The notes beneath the pieces were generated by a model. That model had not been told where the DNA came from and did not search any database. It saw nothing but the letters and a program-made list of their open reading frames with translations. Below, piece after piece: positions 25,171 to 34,327 of a stretch of DNA of 64,000 bases (the stretch's first letter is position 1; every line of letters starts with the position of its first letter). Made by a program: the position numbers and the translations under genes. Source of the stretch: Acidobacteriota bacterium (GTDB lineage: Bacteria > Acidobacteriota > Thermoanaerobaculia > Gp7-AA8); assembly GCA_003223645.1 (NCBI GenBank), contig QHVT01000023.1, forward strand, positions 32,960-96,959. The letters are read 5' to 3'.

Positions 25171-25385
25171 TGCACTGCGGCAGCTACGCTGCCGCTTTCG
25201 AAAGCTCCTGTGGAGCGGTGGCCGCTCTCGGCCGCCGGATTCTCGCGATGGGTCGGCGGCCGAAGCGGCCGCCGCTCCACAGATCCGTGACGATCAGCCG
25301 CTGCCGCTTTCAAGAGCGACAGCGATGGCGTCGCCGATCGCAGCCATCCTGTGTGCAAAAGCGGCGGCGTAGCCGCCGCACTCCA
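25171..25385. repeat. Composite: TGGAGTGCGGCGGC-type inverted pair enclosing a GTGGAGCGG REP (25208-25282)
   Basis: 25171-25199 is the near reverse complement of 25357-25385. Confidence 0.75.
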
Positions 25386-25482
25386 AGGGTGAACACGATC
25401 GCCGGCACGCGCAGGAATCGCAAAACGTCCAGCGGCGCGGCGGGCACGAGGTTTATCGTTGCGGCGAGGATCGCTTCGCGAA

Positions 25483-26250
25483 TCATTCCGGTGTGATGTA
25501 CGCCCCCGTGATTCCGCCGTCGACGAGAAATGACGTGGCATTCACGTAGGACGATTCGTCGCTCGCTAGAAACAGCGCGGCGTTGGCCATCTCTTCCGCG
25601 CGGGCGAAGCGGCCGGGCGGGATGTGGACGAGCCGGCGATTGCGGCGCGCGGGATCGGCGAGCAGCTCCGCGAGGAGCGGTGTTTCGACGGGGCCGGGAC
25701 AGAGCGAATTCGCGCGGATGTTCTGACGCGCGAACTCGACCGCGATCTCTCGCGTCATCGCCAGCACGCCGCCTTTGCTCGCCGTGTACGCGATCTGCGG
25801 AACGGCCGCGCCCATGATGGCGACGAACGACGCCGTGTTGATGATCGATCCGCCGCCGGCGCGCAAGAGAGCGGGAACCTCGTACTTGCATCCGAGGAAC
25901 ACGCCTTTGAGATTGATGTCGATGACGCGATCCCAAACCTCCTCGGAGGTATTCGTCACTGATTCATCCGCCGCATCGAAAATCCCGGCGTTGTTGAACG
26001 CGACGTGCAATGCGCCGAACTGTTCCTCCGCGAACTTCACCATCGCTTCGCAGTCTTTCGCCTTCGACACGTCCGCGGAAAAGGAGCGTGCGTCTCCGCC
26101 GCTCGCGCGAATCTCATCGGCGGTCGCATCCGCGCCTTTCAAATCGACAACGACGACCTTCGCGCCTTCGCGCGCAAACAGAAGACACGATGCTTTTCCG
26201 ATTCCGGAACCGCCGCCGGTGATCAACGCGACCTTATTCGCCAATCTCAT
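25483..26250 (-). CDS. Short-chain dehydrogenase/reductase
   Basis: TGGGSGIG, NNAG, YTASK. Confidence 0.95.
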   Translation of the reverse strand: MRLANKVALITGGGSGIGKASCLLFAREGAKVVVVDLKGADATADEIRASGGDARSFSADVSKAKDCEAMVKFAEEQFGALHVAFNNAGIFDAADESVTNTSEEVWDRVIDINLKGVFLGCKYEVPALLRAGGGSIINTASFVAIMGAAVPQIAYTASKGGVLAMTREIAVEFARQNIRANSLCPGPVETPLLAELLADPARRNRRLVHIPPGRFARAEEMANAALFLASDESSYVNATSFLVDGGITGAYITPE

Positions 26251-26280
26251 TTCTGCCTTCTGCCTTCTGCCTTCCGCTTT
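26251..26280. repeat. Half fold-back tract, 7-mer TTCTGCC x4
   Basis: Fills the spacer between the GS-like and SDR genes. Confidence 0.8.
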
Positions 26281-26283
26281 TGA

Positions 26284-27624
26284 TTACGCCTGTTCAAAGT
26301 ATCTCCGTCGCTCCCAGTCCGTGACGGCCGCGTCGAACTTGCGCTGCTCCGTCCGGAAAAAGTGGAGGTAGTGTTCGATCACGTCGTCGCCGAATGCCTC
26401 GCGCGCAAACGCGCTTTTCTCCAACTCGCGAATGGCCTCCGGTAATGAATGCGGAACCTGCGGCAGGTTCGCTGCGCTGTACACGTCACCTTCGAATGCG
26501 GGCGGGGGCTCGATCTCGTTCGCAATTCCGTCGAGTCCCGCCGCGAGCGTCGCCGCGAATGCGAGATACGGATTCGCGTCCGCGCCGGCGGTGCGGCACT
26601 CGATGCGCAGCGACGGGCCGTGTCCGACGATGCGGAAGCCGGCGGTGCGATTGTCGTGGCTCCACGCGATTCCCGTCGGCGCGAACGAGCCCGCGACGTA
26701 GCGTTTGTACGATGACGGGTAGGGCGCATAGAACGGGAAGAGCTCGCGGATGTGCGCCATCCATCCGCCGAGGAAGTGGCGGAACATCGGCGTCTCGCCG
26801 GCGAACAGCGACTGGTTGTCGTCGCTCCAGAGGCTCATGTGAATGTGGCAGCTCGAGCCCGCGTAGCGCTCGTCCCACTTCGCCATGAATGTGATCGCGT
26901 GTCCGCTCTGCCACGCGATTTCTTTCGCCGCGTGCTTGTAAATCGTGTGGCGGTCCGCCATCTCCAGCAACTCCGCGTAACGCAGCCCGATCTCCTGCTG
27001 CCCTGGTCCCCATTCGCCTTTCGACGACTCGACCGGAATCCCGCTGCGCTCGAGATGGCGGCGGATCGCGCCGATCAGGAACTCTTCCTTCGTGCCTTGG
27101 AGGATGTGGTAGTCCTCGATCACGCGTCCGATCGGCTCGAGATTCACGAAGTGTTTCTTCGCGACGTCGTCGAACGAATCCGCGAACACGTACAGCTCGA
27201 GCTCGGACGCGCCCATCGCCGTGAAGCCGCGCTCTTTCGCGGATGCAATCTGTTTTCGCAGGATGCTGCGCGGCGCGTACGGCACGAGGTCGTCGTTCTC
27301 TTCTTCGTGCACGTCGCAGAGCACGAGCGCCGTTTTCTCCAGCCACGATGCGACGCGCAGCGTGTTGAAGTCGGGCACGGGACGAAAATCTCCGTAGCCT
27401 TTCGCCCAGCTCGTGAACTTGTAGCCGGGAACCGGATCCATTTCGACGTCGCACGCGAGGAGGTACTCGCACGCGTGGATCTCGTTCTCTTCGAGAAAAA
27501 ATCGCGCGACGACGCGCTTGCCGACCAGTCGCCCGTACATGTCGGGAAACACGACCAGCACCGTGTCGATCTCGTTGTTGGTGACGAGGCGTTTCAGTTC
27601 CTGGAGGTCGATCTGTCCTTGCAT
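26284..27624 (-). CDS. Glutamine synthetase-like gamma-glutamyl ligase (PuuA/GlnA4-like)
   Basis: DMYGRLVGK, ELELY, GQQEI, GSSCHIHMSL, DNRT, RIECR, DANPY; start MQGQID. Confidence 0.9.
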   Translation of the reverse strand: MQGQIDLQELKRLVTNNEIDTVLVVFPDMYGRLVGKRVVARFFLEENEIHACEYLLACDVEMDPVPGYKFTSWAKGYGDFRPVPDFNTLRVASWLEKTALVLCDVHEEENDDLVPYAPRSILRKQIASAKERGFTAMGASELELYVFADSFDDVAKKHFVNLEPIGRVIEDYHILQGTKEEFLIGAIRRHLERSGIPVESSKGEWGPGQQEIGLRYAELLEMADRHTIYKHAAKEIAWQSGHAITFMAKWDERYAGSSCHIHMSLWSDDNQSLFAGETPMFRHFLGGWMAHIRELFPFYAPYPSSYKRYVAGSFAPTGIAWSHDNRTAGFRIVGHGPSLRIECRTAGADANPYLAFAATLAAGLDGIANEIEPPPAFEGDVYSAANLPQVPHSLPEAIRELEKSAFAREAFGDDVIEHYLHFFRTEQRKFDAAVTDWERRRYFEQA

Positions 27625-27634
27625 GTACTTGCTG

Positions 27635-27808
27635 AGTTTATCCCGCGCGCAGACGCGGGATCTCCGGGCCCGAGCCCGAGCCCGCTTCCGCGCCCGGGGT
27701 GGGGGCGCGATTCGTGTGACCGCGGCTGCTGCCCCCCGCCCCGGGCGCGCAAGCGGGCTCGGGCTCGGGCCCGGGCCCGGAGATCCCGCGTCTACGCGCG
27801 GCATAACT
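27635..27808. repeat. AGTTTATCCCGCG palindromic element with nested GAGCCC/GGGCTC hexamer fold-back
   Basis: Outer arms nearly identical to 36812-36911; inner tandem hexamers. Confidence 0.85.
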
Positions 27809-27815
27809 GAGAACC

Positions 27816-29201
27816 CTAAGAAACGTCGATATACACGCTCTTCCATTCGGTGTAATGGTCGAGTGCCTGCAACCCGAGCTCGCGTCCGAGGCCGCTCTGC
27901 TTCATGCCGCCGAACGGACCTTCGATGTGCACGCTGCTGCCGGAATTGATCGAGAGGTTTCCGGTCTGCACCGCGCGCGCGACGCGCATCGCGCGGCCGA
28001 TGTCGCGCGTCCAGATTGAGCCGGACAAGCCGTAAATCGAATCGTTCGCGATGCGCACCGCTTCGTCTTCGTCGCGGAAGCGCATCACTGTGACGACCGG
28101 TCCGAAAATTTCTTCGCGCGTGATCATCATGTCCTGCGTCACGTCGGTGAACACGGTCGGCGCGAGATAGCAGCCGCGCGCGCAGTCCTCACCAATCGGC
28201 GCGCGGCCGCCGGTGGCGAGCGTCGCGCCTTCGGATCGTCCGCGCTCGACGTACTGCATCACGCGATCGAGATGCGCGGTCGAAACGAGCGGTCCCATCT
28301 CCGTGGCGTTGCTCAGCGGATCGCCGACGCGCACGCGATCGAAGCGCTCGATCAACGCGGCGACGAAGCGATCGTAGATTTTCTCGTCGACGAGGATGCG
28401 GCTGCGCGCGCAGCAATCCTGTCCGGCGTTGCCGAGGGAGGATGTTGCGGCGGAATCGACGGCACGTTCGAAGTCACAGTCGGCGAAGATGAGGTTCGCC
28501 GACTTTCCTCCGAGCTCGAGCGACACGCGTTTGATGTCGTCCGCGGCGATCCGCATCACGTTGCGGCCGACTTCCGTCGATCCCGTGAACGCGACTTTGC
28601 GCACGAGCGGGTGTCGCACGAGCGCGTCGCCGACGACCGACCCCGCGCCGGTGACGACCTGGAACACGCCCTCGGGAATGCCCGCTTCGAGCGCGAGCTC
28701 GGCGAGGCGAATCGCGGTGAGCGGCGTTTGCTCGGCAGGCTTGAGCACGACCGTGTTGCCCATTGCCAGCGCGGGCGCGGACTTCCACGACGTGATCGCA
28801 ATCGGGAAGTTCCACGGCACGATGATTCCGCAGACGCCGACCGGCTCGCGGAACGACATCAAGACGCCCGGCGCGGCCGCGGGGATCGTTTGTCCGCCCA
28901 CTTTGTTCGTCGTGCCGGCGTAGTAGTCGAACACGTTCGCGGCGAGTCCGACTTCGTCGCGCGAGTCGTTGATCGGCTTGCCGACGTTGCGCGTCTCCGC
29001 GCGCGCGAGCTCGTCCGCGTTCTTGCGAATCAGCTCCGCGAATTTCTGCAGCAGCCGCGCGCGTGCCCGCGTGTGAATGCGCCGCCACTCGCCCGCGAAG
29101 GCGCGGTCGGCCGCGCGCACGGCGCGATCGAGGTCGTCGGCCGTGCCGCTCGCGACGCTCGTCAGCGGCTCGCCGGTGGCGGGTTCAATCAGTTCGGTCA
29201 T
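27816..29201 (-). CDS. Aldehyde dehydrogenase
   Basis: PWNFP, FTGSTEVG, LELGGKS, GQDC, EEIFGPV. Confidence 0.96.
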   Translation of the reverse strand: MTELIEPATGEPLTSVASGTADDLDRAVRAADRAFAGEWRRIHTRARARLLQKFAELIRKNADELARAETRNVGKPINDSRDEVGLAANVFDYYAGTTNKVGGQTIPAAAPGVLMSFREPVGVCGIIVPWNFPIAITSWKSAPALAMGNTVVLKPAEQTPLTAIRLAELALEAGIPEGVFQVVTGAGSVVGDALVRHPLVRKVAFTGSTEVGRNVMRIAADDIKRVSLELGGKSANLIFADCDFERAVDSAATSSLGNAGQDCCARSRILVDEKIYDRFVAALIERFDRVRVGDPLSNATEMGPLVSTAHLDRVMQYVERGRSEGATLATGGRAPIGEDCARGCYLAPTVFTDVTQDMMITREEIFGPVVTVMRFRDEDEAVRIANDSIYGLSGSIWTRDIGRAMRVARAVQTGNLSINSGSSVHIEGPFGGMKQSGLGRELGLQALDHYTEWKSVYIDVS

Positions 29202-29207
29202 AGTCCT

Positions 29208-29362
29208 CGGTTACGCGGTTACGCAGTCGCGCGGTCTGATGGCGGCTTCGTGGATGGCAGCACGAACCCAGATTCTGCCATCTGCCATCTGCCATCCGCC
29301 ATCTGCCATCTGCCATCTGCCATCCGCAATCGCGCAGCCGCCTTCCGCCATCAACGCAGCCG
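29208..29362. repeat. Composite microsatellite tract (GGTTACGC-type and TGCCATC x7)
   Basis: Octamer units flanking an asymmetric GATGGC/TGCCATC fold-back. Confidence 0.75.
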
Positions 29363-29378
29363 CCCACGCGCGTAGCGC

Positions 29379-29831
29379 TCAGTTCTCCAAATACGTCCCG
29401 CGTTCCAACTTCGTCCGAACATCGCTCTCCGAGGGTGGGCAGGGGAGCGGGTCTTCCGGCGGGGGAACGACCATCGCACATTCGCGCACCAACTCGGCGA
29501 GCGTATCGATTTCCAGGGGCTTGTTCATGACCGCGTTCACCAGCGTCGAGTCGACGTAAGCGTTTCCGTTGGGATCGCGCACGGCGAGGATGAACGTCGG
29601 TGCCTCGGCTCGTTGTTCACGGAACGTCGAGACGAACTGCTGTCCCGCGTCCTCAGGCATATCCATGTCCACAATGATCAGTGCGTAGTCGCACGCTTCC
29701 ACTTTCTCCAGCGCTTCTTCGAAGTGCGCGGCCGTGTCGACGGACAACGGCTGATGGCGGAGAATCGTGAACAGCAGAACCCGCAAGGCGTCATTGTTTT
29801 CGATGACCAATACTCTCGGTTCACTCCGCAT
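29379..29831 (-). CDS. Single-domain response regulator receiver with Pro-rich tail
   Basis: VLVIENND, IVDMDMP, KPLE. Confidence 0.85.
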   Translation of the reverse strand: MRSEPRVLVIENNDALRVLLFTILRHQPLSVDTAAHFEEALEKVEACDYALIIVDMDMPEDAGQQFVSTFREQRAEAPTFILAVRDPNGNAYVDSTLVNAVMNKPLEIDTLAELVRECAMVVPPPEDPLPCPPSESDVRTKLERGTYLEN

Positions 29832-29871
29832 AAGTCATTTCCTATGACTCAGGAAATGTCAAAACGCGTGC

Positions 29872-30300
29872 CTAGTTGGCGTCCTCGACGCGAGTCTGCA
29901 GCAGCGACGAGATCGCCGACTGTGCCGCGCTCATGCGCACGCCCATGCAGCCGACGACGGTGTCGACGAGCAACTCGACGTCGAACGGCTTGTGCAGCAT
30001 GCCGATCACGATCTGCGTGTCCAGCGGACGCGGCTCGAGGCCGGCGGTGAGGACGAGCACGAGCGGCCGCTGGGCGGCGGGCTGTGCGGCGAGATGCGTG
30101 AGGACGTCGTAGCCGTTCATCTGCGGCATCATCAGATCGAGGAGCATCACCTCGTAATGATGGACGCCCAGCTTCTCGAGCGCCTCGACGCCGTTCCGTG
30201 CGGCTTCGGCTTGAAGTCCGCGCCGGCCAAGAACGGTCATCAGGAGAGCTCGAATGGCATCGTCGTCGTCGACGATCAGGATTCGCCCTTGTGATCGCAC
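29872..30300 (-). CDS. Single-domain CheY-like response regulator
   Basis: ILIVDDD, LLDLMMPQMNG, LTA, KPF. Confidence 0.92.
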   Translation of the reverse strand: MRSQGRILIVDDDDAIRALLMTVLGRRGLQAEAARNGVEALEKLGVHHYEVMLLDLMMPQMNGYDVLTHLAAQPAAQRPLVLVLTAGLEPRPLDTQIVIGMLHKPFDVELLVDTVVGCMGVRMSAAQSAISSLLQTRVEDAN

Positions 30301-30317
30301 TGCAAAGGGTGTTGTGC

Positions 30318-30333
30318 AGCAATTTGCGCGCCG
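30318..30333 (-). promoter_or_regulatory. Putative sigma-54 -24/-12 promoter
   Basis: Minus strand CGGCGCGCAAATTGCT, GG-N10-GC. Confidence 0.5.
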
Positions 30334-30463
30334 TCGTAAAGCGTGCGCGGAACGCCACTTGGCGTCCCGCGCACGGCGTCGGCAGCTCCTCGCGCCCCCG
30401 GATAGGTGAGGATCAGGAGGAAAGATGAGCAGAGCGCGAGCGAGTTATGGCTTTATAGCATAC

Positions 30464-31414
30464 TCAAATAACCTTGTAAAGAGGTTCCTGTCCTCTCAGA
30501 ACCAGCAGCACGTTCGTCGCTGCTATTCGCGCCATCGCATTCCGCGCCTCCTCGGTCGCCGATCCGATGTGCGGCACGATCACGACGTTCTTCATCGCCA
30601 GGAGTCGCGGATTGATCTGCGGCTCGTGCTCGTACACGTCGAGTGCCGCGCCGCGCAACTGTCCGCTGTCGAGCGCATTGCACAAGGCGTTCTCATCGAC
30701 GAGCGCACCGCGCGAGGTGTTGATGAGATACGCGCCGCGTTTCATCTTCGCGAATGCAGCGGCGTCGATGAGGTGATGCGTCTCGCGCGTCAGCGGCGCG
30801 TGGATCGAGAGGATGTCGCTGGTCGCAAGCAAATCATCCATTGATATCGCGCCGGCATGCTTGCCGGCGCTAGCCGCATCTCCGCGACGCACGCTGACGA
30901 CCTCCATCCCGAACGCGCGCGCTCGCGTCGCGACCGCGCTGCCGATGCGGCCCATTCCGATGATGCCGAGTCGCTTGTCTTGCAGCGAAGCGCCGAGGAG
31001 TTTCAGCGGCTCCCAGTCACAACGTTGCAACGTGCGAGTCTCCGCATCGCCTTCGACGACGCGCCGCGTGACCGCGAGCAAGAGCGCCATCGTCAGATCC
31101 GCCGTCGCCTCGGTGAGCACACCCGGCGTGTTCGCGACCGCGATGCCGAGCTCGCGCGCCGCGTCGACGTCGATGTTGTTGTAGCCGACGGCGAAGTTCG
31201 AAACGATGCGCAGGTTCGGATTCGACTCCAGCACGCGCCGCGTGACCGGGTCCTGCAGCAGCGTGATCGCCGCATCCGCCTCGGCGAGGATGGTGATCAT
31301 GTCCTCCTCGCTGCGCCCGTGCTCCGTCGGATGCTCGATCACGTCGAATTCGCCGGCGAGCAGCTCGCGCGCGACCTTCGGAAACGCGGCGGTGAGGACG
31401 ACGGTGTATTTCAT
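30464..31414 (-). CDS. D-isomer 2-hydroxyacid dehydrogenase (glyoxylate reductase-like)
   Basis: GMGRIG, NTSRG, ALDVYE.EP, PHIGSAT. Confidence 0.95.
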   Translation of the reverse strand: MKYTVVLTAAFPKVARELLAGEFDVIEHPTEHGRSEEDMITILAEADAAITLLQDPVTRRVLESNPNLRIVSNFAVGYNNIDVDAARELGIAVANTPGVLTEATADLTMALLLAVTRRVVEGDAETRTLQRCDWEPLKLLGASLQDKRLGIIGMGRIGSAVATRARAFGMEVVSVRRGDAASAGKHAGAISMDDLLATSDILSIHAPLTRETHHLIDAAAFAKMKRGAYLINTSRGALVDENALCNALDSGQLRGAALDVYEHEPQINPRLLAMKNVVIVPHIGSATEEARNAMARIAATNVLLVLRGQEPLYKVI

Positions 31415-31415
31415 C

Positions 31416-31493
31416 GGTTGCGCGGTTGCCCAGTCACGCAGTTGCTCGGAGAGATCATGCCGCGTAATCGCGCGACTGCGTAACTGCGCAACC
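31416..31493. repeat. Fold-back microsatellite, 8-mer GGTTGCGC type
   Basis: Fills the whole spacer; abuts the TetR stop. Confidence 0.8.
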
Positions 31494-32233
31494 TATTCAT
31501 CGATGCCGAGGTATCCGAACAGCATGCGCGTCATCTCCTCTTCGAGATTGACGGGTGCGCGCAGGCCGGCGACTTGCGTCGAGTCGCCTTCGACGATCAC
31601 GGCCTGGATCACCGACGCGACGGTCAGCAGCGCGAAGTGGATCGCGCCCTCGGGATTCGGATGCTCGATGCGGTCGCGGTGCTTCAGCATCAGCACTGTG
31701 ATCGCGGCGACGTTCGCGTGATTCAGCTCGTACGCCGCGCGCTTGAACGCGGGATCGGGATGCGTGCGTGAGAAGTGCAGCAGCGCGCGGAGGAGGCTGC
31801 GCTTTTTCCGCTGTGCGTCGACCGTGCCGCGGATCATGCCGCGGATGAGATCGGACAGCGAGCAGTCGAGACTCGCGGTCGCGGAGATGATCGCCTGCGT
31901 CTGTTCGCGTTTGCGCGCGAGAAAGCGCTCCCACACCGCGCGCAGCAGCGTGTCCTTGTCTGGGAATCGGCGATAGACGACGCCGACGGAGACTCTCGCG
32001 CGTTTGGCGATCGCCGGCACGGTCGCGGAGTCGAGTCCTTCTTCTTCGAGGAGTTGCTCGGCCGCGTCGAGCAGTCGATTCACCGTCTCCAGGCTGCGCG
32101 CCTGTTTCGGCGGCGTGGCGTTGACGCGCTCGAAGACGGCGTCGACGTCGACGCTCTCCTGTTTCTTGAGCGCCTCGTGCGCGAACAATGCCTTCACGTC
32201 GCGATCGGTGATGACCACCACGCGCGGTTTCAT
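31493..32233 (-). CDS. TetR/AcrR family regulator
   Basis: HTH ATVPAIAKRARVSVGVVYRRFPDK; divergent from ABC exporter; start uncertain. Confidence 0.92.
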   Translation of the reverse strand: MKPRVVVITDRDVKALFAHEALKKQESVDVDAVFERVNATPPKQARSLETVNRLLDAAEQLLEEEGLDSATVPAIAKRARVSVGVVYRRFPDKDTLLRAVWERFLARKREQTQAIISATASLDCSLSDLIRGMIRGTVDAQRKKRSLLRALLHFSRTHPDPAFKRAAYELNHANVAAITVLMLKHRDRIEHPNPEGAIHFALLTVASVIQAVIVEGDSTQVAGLRAPVNLEEEMTRMLFGYLGIDE

Positions 32234-32244
32234 AGGCCGACAGG

Positions 32245-32299
32245 TTGACATACCGCGAATGCGAATGTAAATTCGCAATTATGCGAACAGAGATTCACA
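32245..32299 (+). promoter_or_regulatory. Sigma-70 promoter with two putative TetR operators
   Basis: TTGACA-17-TAAATT, ATG 7 nt downstream; palindrome TGCGAATgtaaATTCGCA (32260-32277) and variant at 32282-32299. Confidence 0.8.
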
Positions 32300-33207
32300 T
32301 TTCTGCGCTACGCAAGCAGTATGGCGCCGTAACGGCACTCGACGGCCTCGATCTCGACGTCGGCGAAGGCGAGCTGTTCGGGCTCCTCGGGCCGAACGGC
32401 GCGGGGAAGACGACGACCGTCGGCATCCTCACGACGCGCGTTCGCGCGACGTCGGGCGAAGCGATCGTCGCGGGCAAGAACGTGATCACGGAACCGGTCG
32501 CGGCGCGCGCGCAGATCGGCGTCGTCCCGCAGCAGCCGAATCCCGATCTGCAGCTCACCGTTCGCGAGAATCTCGTGTTTCACGCGACGTATCACGGCAT
32601 CCCGCGCGCGGAAGCCTCGCGCCGCGCCGACGCGCTCCTCGAGCGCCTCGGCATCGCCGACAAGGGCGGCGCGAAGGCGCAGACGCTCTCCGGCGGTCAG
32701 AAGCAGCGGATGATGATCGCGCGCGCGCTCACACACGAGCCGCGCGTGCTGTTTCTCGACGAGCCGACCGTCGGCCTCGATCCGCAGGGACGCCACGGCG
32801 TGTGGGAGATCCTCAACGACCTGCGCAAGCAGGGACGCACGATCGTGATGACGACGCACTACATGGAAGAAGCGGATCAGCTCTGCGACCGCGTCGCGAT
32901 CATGGACAAGGGAAAACTGCTCGCGCTCGACAGGCCGGCCGCGCTGCGCGCGCAGGCGCCGGGCGAGACGATCATCGACGTCACGCTCGACCGTCCGTTC
33001 GACGGCGAGCTGCCCGCGCTCAACGGAATCACGCGCGCCGAAGTGCGCGGCCCCGTGCTGCGCGCGTACGCGCCGAGTCCCGCCACCGGCATCCCCGCGA
33101 TCCTCGGATTCGCGGAGTCGCGCGGCTACACCGTCCGCGACATCCACCTCTCGCGCCCCAGCCTCGAGACCCTCTTCATTTCGCTCACCGGGAGGAAGCT
33201 CGCATGA
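32281..33207 (+). CDS. ABC exporter ATP-binding protein (DrrA-like)
   Basis: GPNGAGKT, LSGGQ, LFLDEPT, THYMEEA. Confidence 0.95.
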   Translation: MRTEIHISALRKQYGAVTALDGLDLDVGEGELFGLLGPNGAGKTTTVGILTTRVRATSGEAIVAGKNVITEPVAARAQIGVVPQQPNPDLQLTVRENLVFHATYHGIPRAEASRRADALLERLGIADKGGAKAQTLSGGQKQRMMIARALTHEPRVLFLDEPTVGLDPQGRHGVWEILNDLRKQGRTIVMTTHYMEEADQLCDRVAIMDKGKLLALDRPAALRAQAPGETIIDVTLDRPFDGELPALNGITRAEVRGPVLRAYAPSPATGIPAILGFAESRGYTVRDIHLSRPSLETLFISLTGRKLA

Positions 33208-33974
33208 CCGCGCGCATTTTGGGATCGCTCCTGCTCCGCGACGCCGTCGTCGCGCGGCGCGACATCGTCGGCATCATGATCCGCACGATGCTGCAGCCGC
33301 TCCTCTTCACGTTCGTGTTCGGCAAGCTGCTCATCTCGATGGGCATGTTCCCAAAGGCCTACGCGACGATGATCATCCCCGGCATCGCCGGTCTCTCGCT
33401 GACGACGTCCGCGATCTGGGCGGTCGCGATGCCGCTCATCGCCGACTTCGGATTCACGAAAGAAATCGAAGACCGTTTGCTCGCGCCGGTGCCGATCGAA
33501 GTGATCGCGATCGAGAAACTCTTCGCCGGAATCCTGCAGGGAGCGATGACGGCGATGGTCGTGCTTCCGCTCGCGCGATTGATCATCGGACCGATTCCCG
33601 GCCTCACGCTGCAGAAGCTTCCGCTGCTCGTGCTGATGATCGTTCTCAGCGGCGGCGTCTTCTCCGCCCTCGGCCTCTTCCTCGGCACGGCGATGCAGCC
33701 GCAGCACATCTCGCTGATGATGCAGATCATCTTCGCGCCGATGATCATGTTCGGCTGCACGTACTACCCGTGGCGCGGACTCGATCACTTCCCGGTGCTG
33801 AAGTACCTCGTGCTCATCAATCCGCTCGTGTACGTGTCGGAAGGATTGCGCGCCGCGCTCACGCCGACCGTTCCGCACATGCCGATGCCCGTCATTTTCG
33901 CCGCGCTGATCGCGATCACGTCGCTGCTGCTGTGGCTCGGGATGCGCGGGTTCCGCAAGCGGTCGATCAGTTAG
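33204..33974 (+). CDS. ABC-2 type permease
   Basis: ATGA overlap, SD GGAGG; ~6 TM segments, NPLVY..EGLR. Confidence 0.92.
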   Translation: MTARILGSLLLRDAVVARRDIVGIMIRTMLQPLLFTFVFGKLLISMGMFPKAYATMIIPGIAGLSLTTSAIWAVAMPLIADFGFTKEIEDRLLAPVPIEVIAIEKLFAGILQGAMTAMVVLPLARLIIGPIPGLTLQKLPLLVLMIVLSGGVFSALGLFLGTAMQPQHISLMMQIIFAPMIMFGCTYYPWRGLDHFPVLKYLVLINPLVYVSEGLRAALTPTVPHMPMPVIFAALIAITSLLLWLGMRGFRKRSIS

Positions 33975-34134
33975 CTTTCCGCGAGAGAATCCATCCGAGG
34001 AGAAAGAGAAATCCTCCGATGCCGAGGAGTTGCACCTCGACGCGGATGTTGTCGCGCAACAGACCGTACGACAGACCGATCGGCAGGACGATGAGACCGA
34101 TCAACTGAAATAGACGTCCGAGGAGCGCGCTCAT
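33967..34134 (-). CDS. Small two-TM membrane protein (55 aa, not in ORF track)
   Basis: MSALLGRLFQLIGLIVLPIGLSYGLLRDNIRVEVQLLGIGGFLFLLGWILSRKAN; purine-rich upstream. Confidence 0.7.
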   Translation of the reverse strand: MSALLGRLFQLIGLIVLPIGLSYGLLRDNIRVEVQLLGIGGFLFLLGWILSRKAN

Positions 34135-34137
34135 TCG

Positions 34138-34308
34138 CCCCCGCTCTTCCCGCGCCCGAGCCCGCGCCCGCTTCCGCGCCCGGGGTGGGTGGGCGCCCGT
34201 GCCGCTTCAGCGGCCTTGTGGAGCGGCGGCCGCTTCGGCCGCCGGCCTCTCGCGAGAAACCGGCGGCCGAGAGCGGCCGCCGCTCCACAGGTTCGCGGGC
34301 TCGGGAAC
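34138..34308. repeat. GCCCGA/GCCCGC hexamer tract enclosing a GTGGAGCGGC REP (34217-34289)
   Basis: Left part matches 27667-27700 closely; REP matches 47851 and 58006. Confidence 0.8.
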
Positions 34309-34327
34309 ATAGATGGGTATGTTGCCC

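Noticed and set aside
27625-27846. N-terminal extensions in the ORF track (GS-like from 27846, rpsN frame from 9206, rplF from 10330, rpoA from 17729, ccmC from 37696, CcmI-like from 42518, actF from 56009, coxD from 61824)
   Set aside because: They run through repeats or upstream genes; downstream starts match family N-termini and mostly have an SD or stop/start overlap.
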